DNA of 64,000 nt from an uncultured Dehalococcoidia bacterium (GTDB lineage: Bacteria > Chloroflexota > Dehalococcoidia > Lucifugimonadales > UBA1123), in assembly GCA_958296105.1 (NCBI GenBank), contig OY282441.1, forward strand, positions 1,941,800-2,005,799, given 5' to 3'. The notes beneath the pieces are model-generated. The model was given only the letters and a program-made list of their open reading frames with translations, was not told the DNA's origin and ran no database searches. Position 1 is the first letter of the stretch; each line of letters begins with the position of its first letter. A program made the position numbers and the translations under genes. Positions 19,076 through 28,024 of the stretch are shown here, one piece after another.

Positions 19076-20450
19076 GCTCGACCGCGACTACGCGGAGCAG
19101 CCCATCGAGACAGACCCGCCCGACAACGGCTACGCCCGACCGGAGGATTACTGCCCGATCTGCGAAGGTCGGAAGTGGCTGTCGGTCGACGTGCCTGTGG
19201 GTCACCCCGACTTCGGCAGGGCGATTCCGTGCCAATGCCAGATAGACACGTCCTCCAGCGAACGGGAGACGCGGCTGCGGCGCTACTCGAACCTGGGTCC
19301 GCTGTCGCGCATGACGTTCGATTCCATGAACCGCGCGGGCAAGAGCGAAGACCCTGAGAACATGCGCCTGTTCGGCATCGCATACGAAGCCGCCGCCGCA
19401 TACGCCGAGCAGCCGAGCGGATGGCTGACGCTCACCGGTCCGAACGGCTGCGGCAAGACCCATCTGGCGGCGGCAATCGCCAACCGCCGCATCGAGCGGG
19501 GCAGCCTGGCGTTCTTCGTCCACGTTCCCGATCTTCTGGACGACCTGCGCTCCACCTACGCGCCCGCCAGCGAGATATCCTACTCCGACCTGTTCGAGCA
19601 GGTGAGCGATGCGGAGCTTCTCATCTTGGACGGGCTTGGCAGCCATAGTCCGACGCCTTGGGCGCAGGAAAAACTTCAGCAGATATTCAACCGCAGGTCG
19701 AACGCCGAGCTTCCCACCGTCATAACCACCGCCGAAGACATCCAGCGTCTGGACCCATACATAGCCAGCAGGATCACGTATCCGCGACTGGGCAGAACGC
19801 TGGAGGTGTCCGGGCGAGTGGAGCGCGTGGCAAGCCGGTTGGGGCGCATACCGGCCGAGATGATCGAGCGCATGACCTTCGAGACGTTCGACTCGCGGGG
19901 CAACAGCTCATCGGCTTCGCAGCGCGCCAGCCTTCAGTCCGCGCTCAAGGCTGCCAGAGACTACGCCGCCGATCCGCACGGCTGGCTCACCCTGTTCGGC
20001 GATACGGGCGTGGGCAAGACGCACCTCGCCGTCGCCATCGCAGTGGAGCAGCGCAGGCGAGCGCGCGCCGTGTTCTTCACGTTCGTACCGGAGCTTATGG
20101 ACTATCTGCGCCAGACGTTCAGGCCCGATAGCGGCCTAACCTACGACAGCGTGTTCGACCAAGTGAGAAACGCGCCGCTGCTCATATTGGACGACCTCAA
20201 CAACGAACACCTGACGGACTGGGCATACGAGCGGCTGTACCAGATAGTGGTTCACAGACACAACTCGCGGATGCCCACCGTAATCACAAGCCCCGTCGAC
20301 ATTCCAAACACGTCTGGGCCAATAAGCTCGCGCACTCAGGACATGTCTTCAGGCGAGCTTATCCGCATGGAAGCGCCGGACTACCGAGTGGGGCGGCGCG
20401 ATGGCGGCAGGGGCGGCGCCCCCGAGTTCGAACGGCGACGAAGGCGTTAG
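19032..20450 (+). CDS. Tandem-duplicated DnaC/DnaI/IstB-like AAA+ helicase-loader protein with an N-terminal Cys4 cluster
   Basis: 472 aa. The Cys cluster is CPICEGRKW...PCQC. Two loader modules are present: LTGPNGCGKTHLAAAIAN...LLILDGLG and LFGDTGVGKTHLAVAIAV...LLILDDLN. The gene overlaps the DnaD-like gene by 44 nt. Confidence 0.8.
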   Translation: MENLDNILRRLRDSRLDRDYAEQPIETDPPDNGYARPEDYCPICEGRKWLSVDVPVGHPDFGRAIPCQCQIDTSSSERETRLRRYSNLGPLSRMTFDSMNRAGKSEDPENMRLFGIAYEAAAAYAEQPSGWLTLTGPNGCGKTHLAAAIANRRIERGSLAFFVHVPDLLDDLRSTYAPASEISYSDLFEQVSDAELLILDGLGSHSPTPWAQEKLQQIFNRRSNAELPTVITTAEDIQRLDPYIASRITYPRLGRTLEVSGRVERVASRLGRIPAEMIERMTFETFDSRGNSSSASQRASLQSALKAARDYAADPHGWLTLFGDTGVGKTHLAVAIAVEQRRRARAVFFTFVPELMDYLRQTFRPDSGLTYDSVFDQVRNAPLLILDDLNNEHLTDWAYERLYQIVVHRHNSRMPTVITSPVDIPNTSGPISSRTQDMSSGELIRMEAPDYRVGRRDGGRGGAPEFERRRRR

Positions 20451-20453
20451 CCT

Positions 20454-20807
20454 ATGGCTTCGTACTGTACCTTCTGCGAGATAGTCGCAGGGCGGCTCCC
20501 CTCGCAGAAAATCCATCAGGAAGACGGCATACTGGTCTTTCGGAACCGCTTGGACTGGTTCCCCCTCCAGATACTGATTGTGCCGACCGATCACATGACC
20601 CAAGAGGCGTTGTGGACCAGCGGAGACCTGTTCGCCCGAATGGGCAAGCTGGCAGTCGATCTCGGCAGCCAGTCCTGCCCCAACGGATACCGCATAGTGT
20701 CCAACTTCGGCGAGGACGGGCTTCAGACACAGCGCCACGCCCACATACACGTAGTAGGCGGCGAGAAGCTCGGCCTGTACGTCGCCGCCCCCTTGGGGCT
20801 ATACTGA
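20454..20807 (+). CDS. HIT (histidine triad) family protein
   Basis: 117 aa. CTFCEIVAG... and the triad HAHIHVVGG are present. Confidence 0.88.
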   Translation: MASYCTFCEIVAGRLPSQKIHQEDGILVFRNRLDWFPLQILIVPTDHMTQEALWTSGDLFARMGKLAVDLGSQSCPNGYRIVSNFGEDGLQTQRHAHIHVVGGEKLGLYVAAPLGLY

Positions 20808-20845
20808 AGGTTTACACCCGTCAGCCGTCAGCCCCGATCCCCCGC

Positions 20846-21063
20846 CGATAGAATCCCACTCCCTTCAAGGGAGTGGGTGTGACTGCGCCCCGCGCAGGCA
20901 GGCGGATGTCATATCCTGCGCGCCGACTGATTCCCACCAATAGATCCCCTCTCCCTTTGAGGGAGAGGGTTAGGGTGAGGGTAACTGCCAATCTCAGATA
21001 CCCCACCGATAGATCCCCTCTCCCTTTGAGAGGGAGGGCTAGGGAGAGGGTAACTGCGCCCCG
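20846..21063. repeat. Cluster of three REP-like hairpin elements (cccctctccc-tttgag-ggagaggg followed by ttagggtgagggtaactgc)
   Basis: The three copies were read at about 20846-20893, 20940-20990 and 21007-21063. Each contains an 8-9 bp inverted repeat. A related copy lies at 2999-3052. Confidence 0.6.
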
Positions 21064-21094
21064 TCTCCCATATCTTACTCCGGAGGTTTGGACA

Positions 21095-22276
21095 ATGACC
21101 ATCACGCTCGAAAGAGGCGTCAAGAGCTGGGCGAGCATACTAGACGACAACACGCGCAGGCAGGCGGATGTCATATCCCGCGCGCCGGACGTGGCAGGCC
21201 ACGTCGCGCTGATGCCGGATGCCCACCTCGGCATGGGAGCGACCGTAGGCAGCGTCATACCGACTGCGAGCGACCGCATCATCCCCGCCGCCGTGGGCGT
21301 CGACATCGGCTGCGGCATGGTGGCTTGTCGAACGGACATAGAATCGCTGGACGGCGTCGATCTCCAAGCCCTGCACCACCAGATCAGCCGCTCCATCCCG
21401 GCGGGCGTGGCGAGCAGTCACAAGAGGATCGTCGACCGCGCCGAGAAGTGGTTCCAGGACAACCCCATCCCGCACCCCACGGCATTCGATGGCTTCGTCA
21501 AGCGCGGGGCGAGGCGGATGATAAACCGCGCCAAGACCCAGCTGGGGACGCTCGGCTCGGGCAACCACTTCGTGGAAGTCTGCCTCGATGCCGAAGACAA
21601 CGTCTGGTGCGTTCTGCACAGCGGCTCGCGCAGCGTCGGCAACGCCATAGCCAGAGTCTTCATCAAGATCGCCATAGAAGAGCATCGGGAGAATCGGCGC
21701 GAGAAGCTGGAAGACCCCGACACCGCCGCGCTCGTTGGCGAGTCTTTCGATCGCTACATCGCCATGATGGAGTGGGCGCAGGAGTACGCCTACACCAACC
21801 GCGAATTCATGCTGAGCGCGATGCTAGACGATCTCCACAGAGCCGTTGGCAAGTTCGAGATCGAAGAGTCCATCAACTGCCACCACAACTTCGCCGCGCT
21901 CGAAGAACACTTCGGACAGACGCTTTGGATAACCCGCAAGGGAGCGATCAGAGCGCGGGTTGGCGACATGGGGATAATCCCCGGCTCCATGGGCGCGGCT
22001 ACCTACATAGTCGAGGGCAAGGGCAGCGCGGATTCCTACACCTCGTGCGCGCACGGCGCAGGCCGCATGTACAGCCGCGGCGCAGCCCGCCGCATGTTCG
22101 GCGAGGACTCTCTCAGCGAGCTGATGAAGGGCAAGGCGTGGAACGCGAGGCAGGCAAAGAGCCTGCTGGACGAACACCCCCACGCCTACAAAGACATCGA
22201 AACCGTCATGGAAGACCAGAAAGACTTGGTAGAGACCCGCGCCATACTCAGGCAGACGCTGAACTACAAAGGCTAG
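21095..22276 (+). CDS. rtcB: RNA ligase RtcB family protein
   Basis: An ATG at 21095 follows ggagg. The motifs HVALMPDAHLGMGATVGSVIP, GVDIGCGM, GSGNHF, SRSVG and CHHNF are present. The longer ORF from 20873 reads through the REP elements and is rejected. Confidence 0.92.
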   Translation: MTITLERGVKSWASILDDNTRRQADVISRAPDVAGHVALMPDAHLGMGATVGSVIPTASDRIIPAAVGVDIGCGMVACRTDIESLDGVDLQALHHQISRSIPAGVASSHKRIVDRAEKWFQDNPIPHPTAFDGFVKRGARRMINRAKTQLGTLGSGNHFVEVCLDAEDNVWCVLHSGSRSVGNAIARVFIKIAIEEHRENRREKLEDPDTAALVGESFDRYIAMMEWAQEYAYTNREFMLSAMLDDLHRAVGKFEIEESINCHHNFAALEEHFGQTLWITRKGAIRARVGDMGIIPGSMGAATYIVEGKGSADSYTSCAHGAGRMYSRGAARRMFGEDSLSELMKGKAWNARQAKSLLDEHPHAYKDIETVMEDQKDLVETRAILRQTLNYKG

Positions 22277-22282
22277 GGGCGG

Positions 22283-22936
22283 CTAAGCCAGCCGCAGCAC
22301 CCGCGCCAGCCGTATCGCCAGCACCAGAAGCGGCATCAGCAGATCGCGCAGGCGGAATATGACCCACGCGGCGGCGGCGGCTGTCGCCACCCCTCCGAGT
22401 ATGTCCAGCGGGTAGTGGACTCCGGCATACACTCGCGCCAGTCCGTACAGGGACGCGGCGGCTATTGCCGCCCAGCCCAGCTTGCGCTGGACTCCCCAGA
22501 TGGCGAACGCGATGCCGAACACGGCGGCTACCGCGTTGGACGGGAACGACGAGTCCGTTGGCCGGTAGAACAGCAGGTTCACGTCCAGATCCTCGAATGG
22601 ACGAGGCCTGAAGTAGAACATGTTGAGGATGAACACCATCAGGCTGGCAAGCGCCATAGAAGAGAGCGCGGCGAACACGCCGATCTGGTGGCGGATGCGG
22701 ATGTCGCGCTCGCGCTCCATGAACCACATGGCGATAAGCGCCAGAGCCAGCGCCACGGGGACCATGTAGTCGCTCACGACCCCTTCGGCAACCCAGTCTG
22801 CGAAGGGCAGCGTTCCCACGAATCCGTTTATGGCGAGGAACAGCGCCTCGTCCGCCCGCTCGATGATCGAGAAGACGCCCGCCAAGCCGCCCAAGCCGCC
22901 TATGGAGATAGACTGCGCTTCGTCCACGTTCGCCAA
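22283..22936 (-). CDS. PAP2 superfamily phosphatase (membrane)
   Basis: The C-terminal motifs are FPSNAVAAVFGIA and ARVYAGVHYPLDILGG. The start is uncertain (TTG 22936 or GTG 22927). The upstream part of the 390-aa ORF is Arg-rich nonsense that overlaps another gene. Confidence 0.75.
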   Translation of the reverse strand: MANVDEAQSISIGGLGGLAGVFSIIERADEALFLAINGFVGTLPFADWVAEGVVSDYMVPVALALALIAMWFMERERDIRIRHQIGVFAALSSMALASLMVFILNMFYFRPRPFEDLDVNLLFYRPTDSSFPSNAVAAVFGIAFAIWGVQRKLGWAAIAAASLYGLARVYAGVHYPLDILGGVATAAAAAWVIFRLRDLLMPLLVLAIRLARVLRLA

Positions 22937-23340
22937 GTCCTGCGCCAGTATGAGACGGCGCGCGCCAGTGAGACGGCGTAGCTGGTATGCCGCAGCGAGT
23001 CTATCCCCGCTTCCTCGTCCTCCTCGGGGCCGACCATGCGGCGGTTGATAACGGACGTGGCAGCCAGCGTGACTGCGAGCGCCGACGCCGCGCCGAAGAA
23101 GAAGAACAGCGCCTGTGTGGGAGCGTCCAGCCCCCCTTCGTAGTCGTTGATGTTGCGGAAGCCCGTCTCGAAGAACAGCGCGAAGCCGCCCACCGCCAGC
23201 GCCAAGCCGAGACTGCGCGCCACGAGCGCGTTCTGGAATATCAGCAGCGCCCTGAGTCCCCCCACGGAGAAGGCGAACTGAAGAGTGCCGAGCGTGGAGA
23301 CGAACACGCCGATGAAGTAGTCGGTGGCGAATGTGAACAT
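22900..23340 (-). CDS. Hypothetical integral membrane protein
   Basis: MFTFATDYFIGVFVSTLGTLQFAFSVGGLRALLIFQN... contains about 4 hydrophobic helices. The start is uncertain, with in-frame GTGs at 23370, 23385 and 23406. Confidence 0.5.
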   Translation of the reverse strand: MFTFATDYFIGVFVSTLGTLQFAFSVGGLRALLIFQNALVARSLGLALAVGGFALFFETGFRNINDYEGGLDAPTQALFFFFGAASALAVTLAATSVINRRMVGPEEDEEAGIDSLRHTSYAVSLARAVSYWRRTWRTWTKRSLSP

Positions 23341-23381
23341 CGGTGGGCGTTGGTGTCTGGGCGCGGACACGATGCGCGCCG

Positions 23382-24308
23382 TCACTCCATCGGAATCTCG
23401 GTACACCAGTCGCGGTACTTGGGATTTCCGCCCCTGATGAGATCCACGTAGACATCGCTGATCTTCTGGGTGATCGCTCCCACTTCGCCGCTGCCGATGG
23501 GCCGCCTGTCCAGCGAGCCTACGGGCGTGACGTGCGCCGCCGTTCCCGTCAGGAACACCTCGTCTGCCAGATACAGCTCGCTGCGGCGGATGCTGCGCTC
23601 CACGACCTCTATCCCAAGCTCCTCGCGCGCCAGGGTTATGGCGGAGTCTCGCGTGATGCCCGTCAGGTTGTTGTCCGAGACGGGCGGCGTGAATATCTGG
23701 CCGCCCGTTACTAGAAACAGGTTCTCGCCCGACCCCTCGGAGACGTCGCCGTTCGGCGTCAGCATGATCGCCTCGTCGAACCCGGCCAGCGCCGCCTCGG
23801 TCTTGGCTAGGATCGAGTTGACGTAGTGACCGCTGATCTTGACCCTAGGCGGAATTATCGTGTCGTCTATGCGCCGCCAAGAAGACGTGGTGCAGTGGAT
23901 CGCGCCGTCCGCGTCTATGTAGTTGCCGAACGGCACCGCCATCAGCGTAAAGTCGCTGTCCAGCTCGTGCAGCTTCAGATTGGCGACCAGCTCATGGCTC
24001 TTGTAGGCGAGCGGCCTGATGTACAGGTCTTCCCTGTATCCGCAGCTCTGGAGCAGCTCTACGGTGATGTCGCACAGCTGCTCTACGGTGTAGGGAATGT
24101 CCATCAGCATCATGCGGCAGCCCTGAAGAAGCCGCTCGTAATGCTCCCTCATTCGGAACACGTACAGCTTGCGCTGATCTTCGTTCCAGTTGCCCCTGAT
24201 GCCCTCGAACACGGCGGTGCCGTAGTGGAGAGCGTGTGTCATAACGCCAACCTGCGCATCTTCTACCGGAACTATCTTTCCACGGAAGAAGGCAAGCGAC
24301 TTGGGCAT
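23382..24308 (-). CDS. ilvE: Branched-chain amino acid aminotransferase
   Basis: 308 aa. GVMTHALHYGTAVFEGIRG..., ...LTGITRDS... and ...EVFLTGTAA are fold-type IV PLP enzyme patterns. Confidence 0.92.
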   Translation of the reverse strand: MPKSLAFFRGKIVPVEDAQVGVMTHALHYGTAVFEGIRGNWNEDQRKLYVFRMREHYERLLQGCRMMLMDIPYTVEQLCDITVELLQSCGYREDLYIRPLAYKSHELVANLKLHELDSDFTLMAVPFGNYIDADGAIHCTTSSWRRIDDTIIPPRVKISGHYVNSILAKTEAALAGFDEAIMLTPNGDVSEGSGENLFLVTGGQIFTPPVSDNNLTGITRDSAITLAREELGIEVVERSIRRSELYLADEVFLTGTAAHVTPVGSLDRRPIGSGEVGAITQKISDVYVDLIRGGNPKYRDWCTEIPME

Positions 24309-24400
24309 CTGATCATACTCCTTGGATGGCTGGGCTGGCGGACATTATATCCAACTGCCGCTGTTTTGGACAACGACCAGAAAACCGCAAATCCGACGTT

Positions 24401-24856
24401 TTACTCACCCCCGTACTCGGGGCTGGGCGCTGGGGATATGCAGTAGTAGCCGCTGTCGTCGAGCAGCCGCTGTATCACCTGCGGAGACGTGTCGCGCGGA
24501 AAGGGCGTCATAGCCCACTTCTCCTCCAGTACGTCGCTGATCTGCTCGGCGCTCATCGGCTCGTTGCCATGCGCGAGCAGCACCCTGAATATGGACTCTT
24601 TCATTGGGGTGTCCGGCAGCAGATAGTCCTGCTCGCGCGAGCAGTGGGCGGAGACGGTCTCCATGAAGTCCTGCGGGTCTGCGGCGGTGATCTGCTCGTC
24701 CTCCAGCTCCTGCCTGCACATATAGCACTGCCTGCTGGAGATCAAAACCGACAGCGAACGGCTCGCCGCGTCCGCGCTTATGAAGTAAGTTCGGGGCAGG
24801 CGGCCTGCGATCTCTTCGTCCGACTCGGCGGAAATATAGTAGGCGTTGTCAGCCAT
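24401..24856 (-). CDS. Hypothetical protein, translationally coupled to moeA
   Basis: 151 aa starting MADNAYYISAESDEE. The ATG overlaps the moeA stop (TAATG, 24854-24858). I recognise no domain. Confidence 0.6.
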   Translation of the reverse strand: MADNAYYISAESDEEIAGRLPRTYFISADAASRSLSVLISSRQCYMCRQELEDEQITAADPQDFMETVSAHCSREQDYLLPDTPMKESIFRVLLAHGNEPMSAEQISDVLEEKWAMTPFPRDTSPQVIQRLLDDSGYYCISPAPSPEYGGE

Positions 24857-26160
24857 TAAAAAACATCCTCGCTCCAGTCTAGCATCTGCACCTCCACTAT
24901 TTCGCCCGTGTCTTTCATGGGCAGGTCTTCGGGGCATACGGCGAGACCGTTCGCGCTCGACATGGATGTCAGCAAGTTGGAGCTCTGGTTGCCCGTCAGC
25001 CTGGCGTGGTAGGCGCCGTTCTTCTTGGTGACGACGGCGCGGGCGTACACGCGCCGCCCGTCGGTGTTGTATATCGGCTCCTCCAGCACTGCGCTGATTC
25101 GAGGCTTGAGGAGTCCGCCCTTTCCCATCATCTTGCGTATCGCCGCTCGTCCGAACTGCTCGAACGCCACCATCGCGCTCACCGGATTGCCCGGAAGCCC
25201 AAGATGGGGGACGCTTCTGCCATCGTCTGCGCGCAGCGTTCCGAAAGCCAGCGGCTTGGCGGGGCGCATCCGCACAGACCAGAAATCTATCTCCCCGCGC
25301 TGCGCGAGAACGTCCTTGACCATATCGTAGTCGCCCTTCGACACCCCCGCCGAGGTTATGAGCAGGTCGGCGCGAAGGCCCTCCCGCAGCTTGGCGTTCA
25401 TCGAGTCGAGGTTGTCTCGGGCGATGCCCAGCATCTTCGGAACGCCGCCGTATCGCAGAACGCTGGCGGCTATGGAGTAGCTGTTGGAGTCGTAGATCAT
25501 TCCTGCGGCGTAGTCGTCCCCCGCCTCCAGCAGCTCGTCTCCGGTCGAGAGTATGGCGACGTGCGGACGCCGAACCGCGCTCACAGAGTCGAAGCCGAGT
25601 GAGGCGAGAACGCCTATCTCCGAGGGGCGCAGAGTCGCGCCTTTGGCGAGAACCGCCGTCCCGCCGCGCACGTCCTGGCCGGCGGGGCGTATGTCCGATC
25701 CCTCGCGGACGGCTGCCTTGACGCCGATCTCGTCCATGCTGCCGCCAGATTCTCGCCGCTCGATCTCGTCCGTCTCCTCGAACGGAACCACCGAGTCGGC
25801 GCCGGGCGGTATGGGCGCGCCGGTCATTATTCGCGCCGCGCTTCCCGGAGTCACGGTGTGAGTCGGCAGATCGCCCGCCGCGATGCTGCCGATGACTTCG
25901 AGCGTAACGGGCGCGTCCTCGCTCGCGGCGGAGACGCTGGCGGCTTGGATCGCGTAGCCGTCCATAGCCGAGTTGTCCAGCGGCGGGATGTCGTGGGCGG
26001 CGATGGCGTCTTCGGCTAGAACCTGCCCGAGCGCCTCCAGCAGCGGCACGCGCTCGGCGTCCAGTACGTGGAACTGCGCCAGAATGCGCTCCAGCGCCTC
26101 TTCGACGCTCAGCATCGCCTCGCGGTGGTGGTGTCTGTGGCCGTGTTCGCGCGGGTTCAT
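24856..26160 (-). CDS. moeA: Molybdopterin molybdenumtransferase MoeA
   Basis: MLSVEEALERILAQ..., ...DNSAMDGYA... and ...ITSAGVSKGDYD..., ...GLPGNPVSA are MoeA hallmarks. The ATG at 26160 overlaps the upstream stop (TGATG). The 687-aa ORF extension is rejected. Confidence 0.9.
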   Translation of the reverse strand: MNPREHGHRHHHREAMLSVEEALERILAQFHVLDAERVPLLEALGQVLAEDAIAAHDIPPLDNSAMDGYAIQAASVSAASEDAPVTLEVIGSIAAGDLPTHTVTPGSAARIMTGAPIPPGADSVVPFEETDEIERRESGGSMDEIGVKAAVREGSDIRPAGQDVRGGTAVLAKGATLRPSEIGVLASLGFDSVSAVRRPHVAILSTGDELLEAGDDYAAGMIYDSNSYSIAASVLRYGGVPKMLGIARDNLDSMNAKLREGLRADLLITSAGVSKGDYDMVKDVLAQRGEIDFWSVRMRPAKPLAFGTLRADDGRSVPHLGLPGNPVSAMVAFEQFGRAAIRKMMGKGGLLKPRISAVLEEPIYNTDGRRVYARAVVTKKNGAYHARLTGNQSSNLLTSMSSANGLAVCPEDLPMKDTGEIVEVQMLDWSEDVF

Positions 26161-26978
26161 CACTGCTCGTTTCGCTGGTCGCGCAGATACTGGTAGATGC
26201 TCTCCACGGTGCCGTCGTCGCTCACTCGGAACGCCACGCCGCCGCGTTCGGCTTCGATTACGGTCATCGCTATCTCCCAGCCCTGATACGCGGGGCCGAT
26301 GCGGCAGTCGTCCGGCACGAACACGTTGTCGAAGCTCACCCTTCGCTCGCTGCCCATCAGAATCCGCATGGTGCGAATATCTATCCCCGGGCTGTTGGCG
26401 TCCACCATGAACACCCCCAGATTGGCGCGCCTCGGCCTGTCTGGGGCGGTGGTGGCGAGGGTGATCAGGTAGTCCGGGTCGAACCGCCCCGTTATGAACG
26501 CCTTTTCGCCGGATATGCGCCATCCGTCGCCATCCGGAACCGCGAGCGTGCTGACTGCGGCGAAATCCGAGCCGGACTGAGGTTCGTTGAAGCACTGCCA
26601 GGTTATCGTCTCCCCTCGCAGACACGGGGGGATGAAGCGCGTCTTCTGTTCGCCCGTACCCCACACCATCATGGCAGGAACCCAGCGGTTGTTGTCGCCC
26701 ATGCTTGGCAGCGGCAGATTTCGCATCTCCTCCATCAGCACCACGTCGAAGCCGGCGGTCAGCCCGCCGCCGCCGAGATGTCTGGGCCAAGACGGAGCCA
26801 GCCAGCCCTTCTCGCCGAGCTTGCGCCTGAAGTCCTTGACCTTCGCTTGGTTCTCCGCGTCCAGCGGGCTGCCGTCCGGCGGCGCCTTCAGGTCTCGCGG
26901 GAAGTGCTGGATCAGCCACGCGCGCGCGGCGGCGCGGAAGGCTTGCTGCTCCTCTGTGTAAGGCGTTCTGAAATCCAC
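26160..26978 (-). CDS. Acyl-CoA dehydrogenase family protein containing only the N-terminal and middle domains
   Basis: 272 aa. YTEEQQAFRAAARAWL..., ...CFNEPQSGSDFAAVST... and ...WRISGEKAFITG are ACAD N/M domain patterns. No C-terminal helical domain is present. Confidence 0.8.
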   Translation of the reverse strand: MDFRTPYTEEQQAFRAAARAWLIQHFPRDLKAPPDGSPLDAENQAKVKDFRRKLGEKGWLAPSWPRHLGGGGLTAGFDVVLMEEMRNLPLPSMGDNNRWVPAMMVWGTGEQKTRFIPPCLRGETITWQCFNEPQSGSDFAAVSTLAVPDGDGWRISGEKAFITGRFDPDYLITLATTAPDRPRRANLGVFMVDANSPGIDIRTMRILMGSERRVSFDNVFVPDDCRIGPAYQGWEIAMTVIEAERGGVAFRVSDDGTVESIYQYLRDQRNEQ

Positions 26979-27018
26979 GTTTTCCCCCGTTGGCGTTTGT
27001 CCCGTTGGCGTCTGGCGC

Positions 27019-27204
27019 TCAGTGGAATGGGCAGACGAAGAGCGCGCCCTTCTGGAATAGGCTGTCGTCGCTCACTTGCCGCTCGATACCGTATGCCTGC
27101 CGCTCCTCGACCGCGCCCGCGGAGACCGCATACGCGCCCATGAAGAACAGTGCTATTATCAGGACTGCGAGCGATATGGGAAAGATTATAGGAAGATCTC
27201 GCAT
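27019..27204 (-). CDS. Small single-pass membrane protein co-transcribed with the ECF sigma factor
   Basis: 61 aa with the TM segment IIFPISLAVLIIALFFMGAYAV. The ATG lies 4 nt after the sigma stop, and gaggga sits 9 nt upstream. Confidence 0.45.
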   Translation of the reverse strand: MRDLPIIFPISLAVLIIALFFMGAYAVSAGAVEERQAYGIERQVSDDSLFQKGALFVCPFH

Positions 27205-27208
27205 ATCT

Positions 27209-27751
27209 TCAATCCCTCACTTTCAGATACTCTTCGAGCTGCTTCCGCAGAAGAACCCGCCCCCGATGAAGGCGCGACTTCAGAGAAGATACCGTAATAT
27301 CCAGCGCGGATGCGGACTCGGCGGTGGAAAGCCCCTCTACGTCTCTGAGAATCACCGCCGCCTTGAGGTCATGCGGGAGCATGTCCAGCCCCTCCCTGAG
27401 CCTGTCGCCAAGCTCGGAGTTGGACGCGGACACGTCCGGACCTTCGCGCCAGTCCGGTATCTCCACGTCTTCCAGTCCGGTTCTCGTCAGCTCGCGCCCC
27501 CGTTTCTCCTTTCGCAGGCGCATCAGCGCGGCGTTGACGGTGATCCTGTACAGCCACGTGCTGACCTTCGACTCGCCCCGAAAGCGCCCGAAAGCGCGGT
27601 AGGCGGCTAGGAATGCGTCCTGCGCCACGTCCTCGGCGTCCTCCGCCCTGCCCATCATACGCAGCGCGACGTTGTAGACCAAATCCGAGTGGCGCGCTAC
27701 CACCTCCTCGAAGTCGGCTGCCGAGACATCCTCGCGGCTGTTCTGTTGCAT
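27209..27751 (-). CDS. ECF-type RNA polymerase sigma-70 factor
   Basis: Region 2 is FEEVVARHSDLVYNVALRMMGRAEDAEDVAQDAFLAAYRAFGRFRGESKVSTWLYRITVNAAL. Region 4 is LPHDLKAAVILRDVEGLSTAESASALDITVSSLKSRLHRGR. An ATG at 27751 is preferred over the longer ORF. Confidence 0.88.
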   Translation of the reverse strand: MQQNSREDVSAADFEEVVARHSDLVYNVALRMMGRAEDAEDVAQDAFLAAYRAFGRFRGESKVSTWLYRITVNAALMRLRKEKRGRELTRTGLEDVEIPDWREGPDVSASNSELGDRLREGLDMLPHDLKAAVILRDVEGLSTAESASALDITVSSLKSRLHRGRVLLRKQLEEYLKVRD

Positions 27752-28024
27752 CTCTTCGGGCAATGACGCTTCCGGACTGGCGACTAGAGCCGATCGCAAG
27801 ATCGCGCGCGACCAATTTACACCCTCCGCATCTAATTGTAGCCAAGCCTGTGACAATGCGAAAGTCATTGACCAAAACGGGCGGATTCAATTACAGTTAC
27901 AGACGAGGCGCGCTGAGAGATTTGCAGAAGCTCCACAGAAGTTCCAACAGGGCGTCGACGCGCTGACGTCCTCTCCCCACCCTTGTACTCTCACCCCTCG
28001 CACAGTGGATCTGGTATTGTGTGG

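Noticed and set aside
20873-21094. 5' extension of the rtcB ORF (MGVTAPRAGRR...PLPLRERVRVRV...)
   Set aside because: The extension is a translation of the three REP-like hairpin elements. A strong ggagg-ATG start at 21095 gives a normal RtcB N-terminus.
22283-23455. Single 390-aa ORF covering the PAP2 region
   Set aside because: Only the C-terminal 215 aa or so look like a PAP2 membrane phosphatase. The N-terminal part is Arg-rich nonsense that overlaps, in another frame, a convincing hydrophobic membrane-protein ORF (22900..23340). I split it into two genes.
24856-26919. 687-aa ORF extending moeA upstream
   Set aside because: The upstream 250 codons overlap the ACAD-like gene in another frame and are Arg/Gly-rich. 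MoeA homology begins at the ATG at 26160, which overlaps the ACAD stop.
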